Shown here piece by piece: positions 26,362-39,735 of a stretch of 64,000 nt of DNA. The translations under genes were made by a program, and so were the position numbers. Location of the stretch: contig JAHLTZ010000004.1 of assembly GCA_025786725.1 (NCBI GenBank), positions 248,001 to 312,000 on the forward strand, given 5' to 3'. The DNA comes from Syncephalis fuscata S228 (lineage: Eukaryota > Fungi > Zoopagomycota). The notes below the pieces were generated by a model, which had not been told where the DNA came from, searched no databases, and was given only the letters and a program-made list of their open reading frames with translations. The stretch's first letter is position 1, and each line of letters opens with the position of its first letter.

Positions 26362-29300
26362 ATGTCATCACCGGTACTGTCGTCAAAGCGAAGTGTGGCC
26401 GATCGGGAGGCGGCACCAGCAAATGCAACGTCCTCGTTATCACCCAAGCCTACAGGACCGCCACCGTCGACCCGACGCCAATCAATACGGGCTGGCGAGG
26501 AACATGACGCGTCAATACCTTTTACTGATCAGAATGCAGACACTACAATGCGTAAAACCTCAGAGCGACGGCCTAAACGCAATGTTGGACCACCTAACTG
26601 GCTAGTAGTATCGCCACCGCCACGACCAACACCACCGTCTATAGCCACGCAATCAAAACCGCAGAAGCCAGAGCATTCATCAGCGCCTACGTTAGAAAAG
26701 AGTGAAGTAGCAACACTAACTAATGGAGAGAATGCTCAAACAGAAACAATACCAATCATTAAGCGTAAAAGAGGTCGTCCACGCCTTGATGCCACCTCTA
26801 CTGTACCAAAAATTAAACGACCTGTTGGTAGACCACCAAAAGTTAAAACTGATTCAGAAATACCGTCAACAAATTCAGTACCCAACAACAATTATCTACC
26901 ACCAACAAATACAACAGCTAATGAATCAACAGTATCTTTAATTAAACGACGAGGTAGACCACCAAAGATTAGATCGCCTGATGATCCAATACCGCCTAAA
27001 AGACCCGTTGGACGGCCAAGAAAGATTACTATTGATTCGCCTTCTAACTCTCCATTAACATTCATACAGAAAGAAACTGCAAAGAAACTTAAAGCAATAA
27101 CATTACAAAAGTCATTAACTAAACGTGCTAAATCAAAGACCAAAAGTTCATCTACTTTAGTATCTATAAACAATAATAGTGTTGATCCAGCATTGTTGAA
27201 AGGAAAGAAATCAAGTATGATAGCCGTGTGTATTCCACCTATATCTTCTACAACTACAAATCTGAAAGTAGCCAAGCATAGTCAGCGTATTCATCATCGG
27301 CCTAATGGTGCAGAACAGTCAATGGATAGAATAACAGTATTTGATCAACAAATACCACGTAAACGACATCATTTGAATGATAATAGCGAGAAGAATAAGC
27401 AGCATCAACATAAAAGTATTAAATCAAATACAGTAGCTACTAAGAAGCCACGAACTGTATTTAATATTTCTGCAGCTATTGCCACTATTACTGCCACTAA
27501 TACAGGTCATTCATCTCGTGATAAAGCTATATTGGAAAGGCGTACTTTACTTACAAAGTCTATTGAAAACTATAATCGACAACTATGTGAACTATTCCAT
27601 CTAGAAACAAAGCGAAATATGTTTCTATATGATGAAGAGCAGCTATTAGCCAATCCAAGCACTGCATTACAAGAAGTAAGTAATACTAATAGTATATAGT
27701 ATAATACAGTTTACTAACAACAATAACATTTATAGTTTATGGAACAATATAGTTTACAGTCATTGCTATCAGCTGATGCAGTACGGGCTGTTTCTGTATC
27801 TAGTCAACGGGCAGTGACACGTCGTTCACTAAGAACCCATCAAGAAATGACAATAGGCGATACTCCATCTACTACAGTGTTAGAAGATAGAACAAGTAGA
27901 TTATTAAATGCTTCTAATAGCGTGATGGCTAATACAAATGAGCCTACACGTCCTGGTGCTACTGTACGGATTGCACCTGCTTATGGATCATTAGAAGCAT
28001 TTCTCGAATCATTTACATTCTTTGACGATGATGCTATTGCGCCACAAGAGGCTAACCATCGAGCACAAAAGGATGCTTATGTAATGAACAGAGCCTCACG
28101 GGTATCGGATCTGCCTGCTCAAGCACCACGTATCATATTTCCAACGGTGCCAGGACCTGAATCATCACGGCAATCAGCATTATTGGCATTGGCGAAACCA
28201 AGATTAAAAGCAATGCGTGCTCAGCGACAACGCCAATCTCATTTACGAGGAGTAATATGTCGAGCTATTGAGCGTGTATTTGAAGAGAAGCGTAGTAAAG
28301 AAGAACGAGAACAACAAGATGAACTTAAACGTCGACGTCAATTATCGCGACAGATTGCCGCTATAATACGTAAAAGTTGGAAGCCAATAGAACAGGTAAT
28401 TAACAATAATACACATATATGCAATATAATATAATAGTAATGTACAATCTGTTATAGGCTGTACGGGATAAACATAAGATAAAAGAGTTAGAAAGGGAAC
28501 GTGAACGCGGTCAACAACATTTAAATAAGATCCTTGAACACTCATCACGTATTCTTGCCGTACGACAAAGTAGTGTGTCAAGTCATGAAGGCGATGATGC
28601 ATCAGTAGAATATACAGATACTATGATGAGTGAATTAGACGAAGACACCACCACGATTATGATGGCAACATCAAGTGCATCCAGTTCTCCACTTGTATCT
28701 GCTGCTGAAACACCCATGACATCAGATGCTGTATTATTTGAGGAGGAAGAAGAAGAAGAAGGATATGGATATGGATATGAAGAACATAGCGATACATCTA
28801 TTGATTTATTAACGGCATTAGACTATCAACCATTACCTACTACAACTGTATCGCCAGTATCGTCACCTTCTTCAGTATCAGTCAGTACACCATCTAGTCC
28901 ATTAATAGGAAAGACAACAACAGCATCAACAACGACTGAATCATCTGAGCTAGCATTAGATAAAAAGTCTTTAGCACCCATCACTATTTCAATTACTGAA
29001 CAGCCATTCTTATTACGTCACAAACTACGTTCATACCAATTGGATGGTCTGCGGTGGCTAGTAGATCTACACAATAAAGGATTGAATGGTATTTTGGCTG
29101 ATGAAATGGGTCTAGGTAAAACAATACAGACTATTGCTTTATTGGCGTATTTGGCCGGTAATTTAGCCGATTGGGGGCCTCATTTAATTGTTGTACCCAC
29201 AAGTGTTCTACTTAACTGGACAGTGGAATTTCAAAAGTGGTGTCCAGGCTTTAAAGTCGTCACCTATTACGGCAGTACAAAGGAGAGAAAGGAAAAGCGT

Positions 29301-31632
29301 CGAGGCTGGTCGGCCGATAATGCTTTTCACGTCTGTATCACTACTTATCAATTGGTACTGCAAGATCAGGCGATATTTCGTCGACGCCGTTGGTCTTATT
29401 TGGTGTTGGATGAAGCACATAAATTAAAAACTTTAGATCACAGCGTTGGCAAACTTTATTGGGATTCCGTACTCAGCATCGATTATTGCTGACCGGTACA
29501 CCTTTACAGAATAATCTTACCGAGCTATGGTCCCTGCTCTATTTCTTAATGCCGGATGGTGTTATTCCTTCAGAGGAGCTTGGATTTGCTAGTCAGCGCG
29601 AATTTCATGAATGGTTTGGTCGACCTATTGACCAGATTATCGAATCGACACAAGGACCAACGAACGATTCACGAGGTGATCGTGGCAATAGTGTGACGAG
29701 TATTGTGCAGCAGTTACACACGCTATTAAGACCCTATTTATTACGGCGAATTAAAGCAGATGTCGAACAGCAATTACCGGTAAATACGAACATACTGTAT
29801 GGTGTCGATTAGCCAAACGACAACGTCAACTTTATGATGATTTTATGGCCCGAGCCCGTACACGAGAAACATTAGCATCAGGCAGCTATATGAGCATCAT
29901 TAATTGCTTAATGCAATTACGTAAAGTATGTAATCATCCTGATCTGTTTGAAGCACGTCCAGTTACCACCTCATTTCCTATGGCGGATATCATTTTACGG
30001 GAAGGAGAAGCGTTGGCTAAACAAATAGAGCGATGGCAACATCAATGGTCATCATATCAATTAGATGAACAAGTAGCCTATTGGCCGGGATGGCCTGGTC
30101 TTTGTGAACGTGAACTGCATAGCAAAGACGATGTTAATAGTAATGATGCTACTACAGCATTAGTGGCATCACTTTCGATGCCTAGTATACCATTGCGACA
30201 ACATCAACACGATAGTTATACATCGCTATTAGCTCATCATTTGTATGCAACAGAACAAGCAATTCATCATCAAGTAGAACGTTGGCAAGCATTAGATCGA
30301 TTGAATGAACAGCGTTGCTGTAAGCAGCAGTCTATTTATGGTGGCCAGCTATTACATCTACTTAATATAACAACAGCATCAAAACGTTTCAATAACAATA
30401 GTACTTTATTACTTGATCAATTTTCACAACAACTTCAGCGCAATCTAATCCAATCACTTAATGATCGTGTAGTAAAGGCGCAGGATATGATAGATCGATT
30501 TACCTTTGTTATACCAACTACTACAGTGCGGCCTGATCGAGTATTAATAGAGATGACGTCTATTGAAACGATAGAGGATATACACTGTAAAGCACGTACT
30601 TCACTAACCACGGATCCATTGTATCCTATACGGGCTCGACAGTATATTGGATTTCCCGATAAACGTTTATTACAATATGATTGTGGCAAACTTCAAGTAC
30701 TGGATCAATTATTGCGACAATTGAAATCAGAAGGCCATCGTACACTAATATTTACTCAAATGACCCGTATGCTCGATATTCTAGAAGCATTTCTTAATAT
30801 GCATGGCTATCGCTATCTACGTCTAGATGGTGCCACCAAAGTTGAACAGCGCCAATCAATGACGGAGCGATTTAATGCAGATGATCGTATTTTTGCCTTT
30901 ATTCTATCTACTCGATCAGGCGGTATTGGCATCAATCTAACCGGTGCCGATTCAGTTATCTTTTACGATTCAGATTGGAATCCATTTATGGATAAGCAGT
31001 GTCAGGACCGGTAAGTATTAGTAATTAGTAATTAATGTTTATTTGATTGAATACTGTTGAATAGATGTCATCGAATTGGACAGACCCGCGATGTGCATAT
31101 CTATCGATTAGTTAGTGAACATACGATAGAAAGTAATATTCTACGCAAGGCAAATCAAAAACGTCTACTTGATAATGTGGTTATCCAAGAGGGCGATTTT
31201 ACTACCGACTTCTTTTCCCGTGTTGGGTGGCGCGATGCCCTTGGATTAGACGAGACAGATCCTATGGCCACCGATGCTATATTACCAGATTTGCCTGATA
31301 ATTTAGATGTAGCATTAGCAGAAGTTGAAGATGAAGCAGATGTAGCAGCATTAAAACAAGCCCGTAAAGAAGCTGACGATGTTGATTTGGCTGATCGAGC
31401 CGATTATAAAGAAAGTACAAATGATCAGCAGTCATCTAGTATGGCCACTGAATCATCCTATGTCACCGCCAATACACCTTCTTCTACTCAACCAACTTCA
31501 CCCGCCGTTTCTGTACCCATAAGTGAACATGATGATCATTCGGATAGGGAGGAAGAAGAGGAAGAAGAGCCAGGTGATATTGAAGAGTACATGTTACGAC
31601 AAGCTGAATGGAACTTTAGTCTATTGGAATAA
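26362..31632 (+). CDS. SWR1: SWR1/SRCAP chromatin-remodelling ATPase with N-terminal AT-hooks and HSA-like helix; apparent frameshifts ~29423 and ~29780
   Basis: [88 protein letters not shown]. Confidence 0.95.
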
Positions 31633-31775
31633 TACACTAATGCACTGTATTTTATTGATATAAATAAACATGACGAAATCTACACTTGAATGACGCTTAT
31701 TGGCTCATTGACAAACTGCTGACACATACATACAAAATAATTGTTTCACGTCTATTTTGATTCTATCCACTCTGC

Positions 31776-31820
31776 CCATCCATCCATCTGGCATTCATCC
31801 ATCCATCCATCCATCCATCT
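31776..31820. repeat. (CATC)n microsatellite upstream of Ran
   Basis: catccatccatc tract. Confidence 0.85.
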
Positions 31821-32050
31821 ATATCCTCTATTGTTTGGTTGTTTGTGTTATCGGATATTCGGTGTATACAAGGTAGGTTGCGGGATGGATAGGACATCTA
31901 TCATGGATAGCGCATAGTTAGTATAGAGTAAACAAAGAGCAAATAAGCGTAATATTGAAATGACCATCACGCTGTTGATGAATGATAGTAGCTTAGTAGC
32001 TAGCTCTAATAGAACCTTAATAACGCTTGTATTTATTTATTTGTTTGTAG

Positions 32051-33157
<1,107 letters not shown>

Positions 33158-33583
33158 ACCACCGGTATTGCTCTTTTGACATATGACGACAGTCATATTT
33201 GTCCTCTATCTCTCTCTCTATCACTCCATGTCGCGTACTGTTCAACGAACAAAAGTAAACTGTTTTGAATAATGTACTCTTGTTAGTCAATGAACAATAC
33301 AATACGTGTGTTTATATGTGCGTCAACATTAGCGCTTTTGATCTGTTGGCCTGTTATCAATGTACATGTACACGCGCGTATGTGTTTACCACTCATACAA
33401 TAAACTGCATTACTTGCCATAAAAGTTACTAATTTCTATAGTATTTACTTGATATTGTAGATAATATTAGCTATATTTATTATAATTATTTTGGTTTTAT
33501 TGTACTTTGACTCCCACATCTGTCCCCAAAGCACAATTCGTTCCAATCAGAGTCATGTCATTGTTATGCATAGCATAATTATA

Positions 33584-33928
33584 TTACTTTTTATTAAAAT
33601 GTTAATAAATTGATTCAAATAAACAATGTAACATATTATTTAACTACTTTGAAATTTACAAAGCCGATTATTATTGTTGTTGGCTATATGTAGAAAGATT
33701 AATTGAATATTAATAGAAGCCATATGATTGCGATTCCATGTCATTCCGCAGTTGTTGTTATTGCATCTAAATGGTTTTTCCTATTTTCTAATATTCTACT
33801 ATTGCATTTTGGGCATATTTGTGATGTAAGATTAATATTAATATAATTAGTATAAATGTTGTTTATTAAACAGCCACTTCCACTATAGCCAATTCAACTA
33901 AGTAAATGACATTTTGAACAATTAATAT
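33584..33928 (-). mobile_element. ~345-bp repeat, copy 1: non-autonomous Fanzor/TnpB-derived element remnant
   Basis: Direct repeat of 39080-39421 (about 85-90% identical by manual alignment); minus strand encodes LTSQICPKCNSRILEN, then after a frameshift FRCNNNNCGMTWNRNHMASINIQLIFLHIANNNNNRLCKFQSS*. Confidence 0.75.
33640..33830 (-). pseudogene. Fanzor-like C-terminal fragment (zinc finger + RuvC-III, catalytic Asp read as Asn)
   Basis: TSxxCxxC...CxxxxC...WNR(D/N)xxASxNI pattern characteristic of TnpB/Fanzor; no N-terminal part or start codon. Confidence 0.72.
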
Positions 33929-35034
33929 CACTGTCATGAATAAGACAACCAACTAATTAATAGAATAGAATAGAGCAAAGACCAATACTTTATTATAAAA
34001 TGGGCAAATCATGTATGTATTTATGGCGAGTGTTTGCTAGACAAGTATCTTAATTTTTTACGTCGAGCAATAAGACATACTTTTATCGTTAAACTCATGC
34101 AGTTGTAAAAAAAATGTATAAAGTTAACTTCTTAGTGGGGGAAATAATTAATTGTTAATAATTACCCAATATGGCAATAACACAATATATAAAAATTTAG
34201 AGCCATAGTTTACAGCTGAATATCCAGCATCAGTATAATTACTAGCGGTACTCTATAGCAGATATTGAAATGGGTCATGAGTAACAAATTATATTTGATT
34301 ATTGCATTGCCCGTATCAACAGAAAGCAGATCGTCATATTATTAAGTAAAGCACGACCTACTGCAAGTCAAGACCACAGTGGTGATTACAGTGCTACAGC
34401 CATTAAATTGGTTAACTAGTAAAATTGTAGACATTTTTTGTAGTATTACACTTTCGTGTTACAATTCAGTAAATTTAACTGGTTTAACAAACACTCTGAG
34501 TAATCGACCGGTTTATGTACATATACACCGATCGACACTCATCTGTGGATTCATTATAACATATACTTATATGTATCTCAGTGCATTGAACAATAATGTA
34601 GACCGTTGTTTTATTCTTATTCTAGTTTGCTAGCTTAATTGTCAGAATTGTTTTAGTTAAAATACATATATCAATTTTAAAAAGTGCCATTTGTACTTCT
34701 AGTGCACATGAAATATCAATTTTAATACGTATTTAAATTACGCAGTATGCAACTGCAAATTAATAATATTATTGTATCCACAACTCAAGCATCACTAATA
34801 ATCTGTTTGTGTAAATCTTGGTACAAATAAACCACGTTTGAATTCAAAACTGTCCGGTGGTTTGCCGTTTATTCAAATGTGGAGTAGCTGATTGTTAAAG
34901 ATGATCATTCGCTAAAATGTGCTTTGAAATTTCAAACAGTCTGTTATTGAATTTGCTACAGCCTTCTATGTTAAGTTTCATTTCAGGCCTATATTGCTGG
35001 TATAATTGACTATTTACTGGTAACAATTGCAGCA

Positions 35035-35146
35035 AAGAAACCTTAAGGTGCTTGCGATAAAAAACCACAAAGTACTTACGAGAAGGAACCTTAAAGTGCT
35101 TGCGGTAGAAAATCTTAAGTGCTCGCAACAAGGAACTTTGAAATGC
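35035..35146 (+). repeat. 24-bp minisatellite, about 4.7 degenerate units
   Basis: AAGAAACCTTAAGGTGCTTGCGAT / AAAAAACCACAAAGTACTTACGAG / AAGGAACCTTAAAGTGCTTGCGGT / AGAAAATCTTAAGTGCTCGCAAC / AAGGAACTTTGAAATGC. Confidence 0.85.
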
Positions 35147-35705
35147 CGAAACATCCGATTGGGCTCCAAGATTTCAAACAAATCTAATACCATGGTATTC
35201 ATAACTGGATATCTATTTTTATTTGTTTATTTGTATGTCATATATTAAACAAAAATAGAAAATATCAAATACTCTACTGTGCCGTATAATTACTTGCCGT
35301 AAGCCCGTTTAATTCGAGGCCTTATTAATCTAATACACATATTCTGGGATATGAATTAGCTAATACCGGTAAGTTGTGTATAGCAGAGTGCTTGTACAGG
35401 TTAACAATTGGTTATACGAATATTCAGTGTCAATTCATCGTTAATTGTGACTGTTTTATTGTGTTACAGGCTCAGATTTCATTGCACAGATCTGGCGTTT
35501 ATTATAAAAGCCATGCTTGTTGAAGTATTTTTGTAAAGCATTATAGCTACACGCCATCAATTTTACGTTCAACACCTTAACAATTACGTGATCCACTTAC
35601 GACAACCCAACTTACGATTACGCTGTCTTTGAACTCACTGGTTTTAAGCAGCCTTTATTTTATCTGATCAATTTGCGTCACAACTCTTCGCTTTCCATCA
35701 TCAAC

Positions 35706-37667
35706 ATGCATATCAACCTACTTATTGCCTCGCTGATCCTGGCATCTGTCGGCGCCGTTTCTTGCGACAACCAGCGAATCGAGATTGACTCTATCATTCC
35801 CAAGATTAACGTCGCTTCTGCAGTCCGCGATTTGTCGCCCGATCTAAGCAGCTACAAGCCACCGGCGTCATTCGCACCTCAAAGTGCACAAGAAGCCGCG
35901 CTTGAATTTGTTCGTTCCCAGCTCCATATCAAGAATGGCGACTTTATTTTGACCAACTCGCACAAGTCCGAGACCAGCGGTACCACTCATGTCTATCTTC
36001 AGCAAACCATCAAAGACATTAACGTTTCGAATGGTGTTGTGGGTGTTCACGTCGACAGAGCAAACAAGATTATTGCCTACGACGACAGCTTCTTCAAGAC
36101 CAACAAAGCTAACCAGTTTGTAGCTCAACCACTCAAAACATGGGATAGCCAGACTACCGGATTTGTTTCTCCTGCTGATGCATTGGGTAAACTTGCCGCG
36201 CACATCAAACAGCAATTCGATGCCAGCAAGGTCCAAACTGTACCACAGGCCAAATCTGCAGGCAATGGCCAGTCATATCTGCTCAAAAATGTTGACTTTG
36301 CCACGTCTGCAGTAAAAGTGTCACAATCATACATCCAAACAAGTGCCAGTGAAGTGGAACCCGCTTGGGAGTTTACAGTCAAGATGCCGCTTAACCATTT
36401 CTTAGTCCATGTATCGGCCGATGGCACCAAAATACTTGCATTAAAAGATTTGGTGAAGTTTGCTAGTTACAATGTTGTTAAAATCGGCGACAATAATCCT
36501 ATCGATACACCACGCCAGATTGTCACGGATCCAGCCGACAAGATTGCATCACCAAATGGCTGGCACACACAGGGAAGCAAAGAATTCACCACTACAGTTG
36601 GTAACAATGTATTTGCTCAGGCCAACTACAATGTCAGAAGCAGAATAGGAGATGTGGTTGATGATAGCGAAAATAATTGGAAAAACAATCCCCGTCCAGA
36701 TGGTGGAAGTGGTTTAGATTTTAACTTTCCATACGACGCTAAGAAATCACCAAGGGACAATGCCAACGCAGCTGTTACCAACCTGTTCTACGTTGCTAAC
36801 AGTATACACGATATTTTCTATAAATATGGTTTAATGAAGCTGCTGGCAACTTCCAAGAAGATAATGGCAACAAAGGTGGTAGGGGCGGCGATGCTGTGGC
36901 TGCTCAAGCATTGCAAGGCTATAATTCTCCAGGCTATCGTGGCAATGCATTCTTTACCGAGACAGTTGATGGTGAACGACCAACAATGGCAATGTTTGGC
37001 TTTGACGAGATAAAACCAGGCCGCGACGGAGATTTTGAAAATGATATTATTTCGCACGAATATGGCCATGGTATATCTGGTCGACTAACCGGTGGCAGTG
37101 GAAAATCCGGCTGCTTATCAGGTGCCGAAGCTAGCGGCATGGCCGAAGGTTGGAGCGACTTCTTTGCTTACTGGCTTGAGATGAAACCATCTGATAAGTC
37201 CACCAAAAATGTTGAAATGGGCAAATACGTTATTGGTAGAAATATTCGTAATTACCCATACTCAACTAGCCTGACCACAAATCCAAAATTGTTTAATGAT
37301 TTAAACAAATTCGGACAAAAGTTTGAACCACACGATATTGGTGAAAACTGGGCCGTAATGCTGTATGAAGTCTATTGGAATCTTGTTAATAACTTGGATT
37401 CCAAGAAAACATATACTCTCCTGATCTTACCAAAGGCAACACTCTTTTACTTCAAATTGTCGTTGATGGCCTGAAATTACACCATGTAATCCAACTTTCG
37501 TTCAAGCTCGAGATGCCATGATTCAAGCCGAAAAACAATTGACCGGCGGTAAACATGCCTGTGAAATCTGGCGCGGATTTGCCAAACGAGGTCTCGGCTA
37601 TGGTACTATTAGTAAATTTATTTTTAGAATACCAAGCACCAGCTTACCACCCACTTGTAAGTTGTAG
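35706..37667 (+). CDS. Secreted fungalysin (peptidase M36) metalloprotease, intronless; three apparent 1-nt deletions (~36832, ~37392, ~37481)
   Basis: Signal peptide MHINLLIASLILASVGAVSC; FTP propeptide (SGTTHVYLQQ); ASPNGWH, TTVGNNV, AAVTNLFY, GF(N)EAAGNFQ, HEYGH, EGWSDFFA, PCNPTFVQARDA, IWRGFAKRGLG. Confidence 0.95.
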
Positions 37668-39079
37668 ACATGCAATCGCATAGTAATACACAAATAGAGC
37701 GCTGAACTAAAATAAATCAATATTCAACATTGCTAAAATCTGCTTTTATTATTAAACAAAAATCCAAGCTAATTAGCTGTAAATGTTATATTCGATATTT
37801 TAAATTTAGCGTATCAATAACCACTTTGTAAATACGTGTTAATCTTTACTGATGATCATTAAAGATTGTTCAATTATCGTTACAGGATGCTTTATGACAG
37901 CAAATAGACATGATACCGACTGTCCATCTAATTTATTTCTTAACTGTAACAGATGCTATTGATTTCCTGCTACATACATTATTTAGTTTGTGCCATACTA
38001 TTAGATATATTGTACTTTTTTGATAGTTAGTCAAAAATAAAACCTTTCTTGCAAATATTAATAAGCTACAGTTGGTTATATCTAAACATAATACTGCTAC
38101 TCAACCAACAATAAATATGCCTTTTTGTAATCCAATTCATTTTAGCTTATTATCAGAATTTATACAGTTACAGCTTTTGTTATAAATCTGCTAATCTGAG
38201 CTATTGTTATAAGAAATGATAGCATCTGTTGAGCTATTACGCTTGTTAGTGTATATTAAATAATTAAATATGTACTTGATACTTTTACTTGTACATATTT
38301 AATTTTACATTTGATAATGTAGTAATATCATTTGTAATATAATCAGTAATAAGCTTTATAATACCATTGCTACGATTTTAGCTTAAAACCCGTGACTTGG
38401 ATAACCAAACAACATCTTATCTGGCGTTATTCTATAACGTTAGTTTCCTATGTATAGTAACGCTTACCTTAACGCTCAGCATACATATATTAGTTGTACT
38501 GATTTGATAATAAATTCGAATGCTTTGTGGTATTTCACCATTAACGCAGCATGTTAGTTCACCAACATATTTTTGTAATAGGCATTCGTGCTAATACCCG
38601 ACAGGTATATCGCTTTTGTGATCAATCACATGGTATATCTTTTAATTACCCTTTTACAATATCTTGTCCGGAATATCAAAATAGTAACAGCGGTATTATG
38701 ATTGGATTGCCATTGTAAGTTACCCGATATTTATTTAAATGTTACTATTTTTGGCATGTATAAATAAATTGGAGGTAGAAAAATACCCGACTACATGCCG
38801 AAGCAATTACAAATTAGATTAGCCAAATAACAATGACAAATTATAGACTTGTGATAGCAAAATAGCAATAAGCAACTACTCATTTAAAACGACTAAATTA
38901 TACTATTTGAATTCTGTAAAAGTCTCACCATGGAACTTGCAGTATTTATTCATTCGCAATATATATATATACTGAAGAAGCATTAACCAAGCAGAAGGAC
39001 GTCGAATCAATACTTGTCAATAATGAAGTCAAGACTTTGGCGCTAGTGCTGCAATATTTGTTAAATTGACGGCTGGCAT

Positions 39080-39421
39080 TTACTTTTTATTAAAATGTTA
39101 ATGAATTGATTTAAATAAACAATGTAACATATTATTTGATTTCTTTGAAACATTTGAGTCGTCATTGTTGTTGTTGGTCACGTGTAGAAAGATTGATCAA
39201 ATATTAATAGAAGCCATATGATTGCAATTCCATGTCATCCCGCAGTTGTTGTTATTGCATCTGAATGGTCTCTTCTATTTTCTAATATTCTACTGTTGCA
39301 TTTTGGGCATATTTGTGATGTAAATTAATATTAATATAATTAGTATAAATGTTGTTTATTAAACAGCCACTTTTCCTGTAGCCAATCTGACTAAATAAAT
39401 GGCATTTTGAACAATCAATAT
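39080..39421 (-). mobile_element. ~342-bp repeat, copy 2: non-autonomous Fanzor/TnpB-derived element remnant
   Basis: Direct repeat of 33584-33928; encodes TSQICPKCNSRILEN, then FRCNNNNCGMTWNCNHMASINI*SIFLHVTNNNN..FQR with a stop and indels. Confidence 0.75.
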
Positions 39422-39735
39422 TATAAATGACAATATATATATATTAAAGCAATAATAAAAATAACTAATTAATTACATATTATACTGATAATTACACATG
39501 AATTAATTAATGTTGGATGCAATATTATACATGTTATAGTGATGATGAATGTTTAATTGTATTTAAAGTGAAGGAATGAAAGAATAGATAAAATATAAGA
39601 GTCAAGTACAATAGCTCCAATATCTTATTTGAAATATATACATGTATACACGACAATAATGGCGACAAAAGTATAATTGTTTATTGAGTAAAATGCAAGA
39701 ATTATAGACTCTTGTTGTCTTAATGATAAGCTAAT

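Noticed and set aside
35035-35146. CRISPR-like array
   Set aside because: Contiguous degenerate tandem units without spacers, no cas genes, eukaryotic context.
35547-35566. Partial match of the copy-2 flank (putative guide) to the fungalysin upstream region (GCCATCAATTTTAC vs GCCGTCAATTTAAC)
   Set aside because: Only 14 of 20 positions match and the scaffold-proximal positions mismatch; expected by chance in AT-rich DNA.
35868-36430. Antisense ORFs over fungalysin (also over tubulin, SWR1 and ArgRS)
   Set aside because: Shadow ORFs produced by codon bias of the sense genes.
37700-39079. Additional genes or transposase remnants in the island (also 33930-35000)
   Set aside because: No ORF or motif that I can recognise by eye; a tblastx search is needed.
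33600-39413. LTR retrotransposon reading of the direct repeats (internal TGTT...AACA)
   Set aside because: Identity extends ~16 bp and ~8 bp beyond these motifs in both copies. I see no PBS, PPT, TSD or gag/pol remnants, and the repeat body is Fanzor-like.
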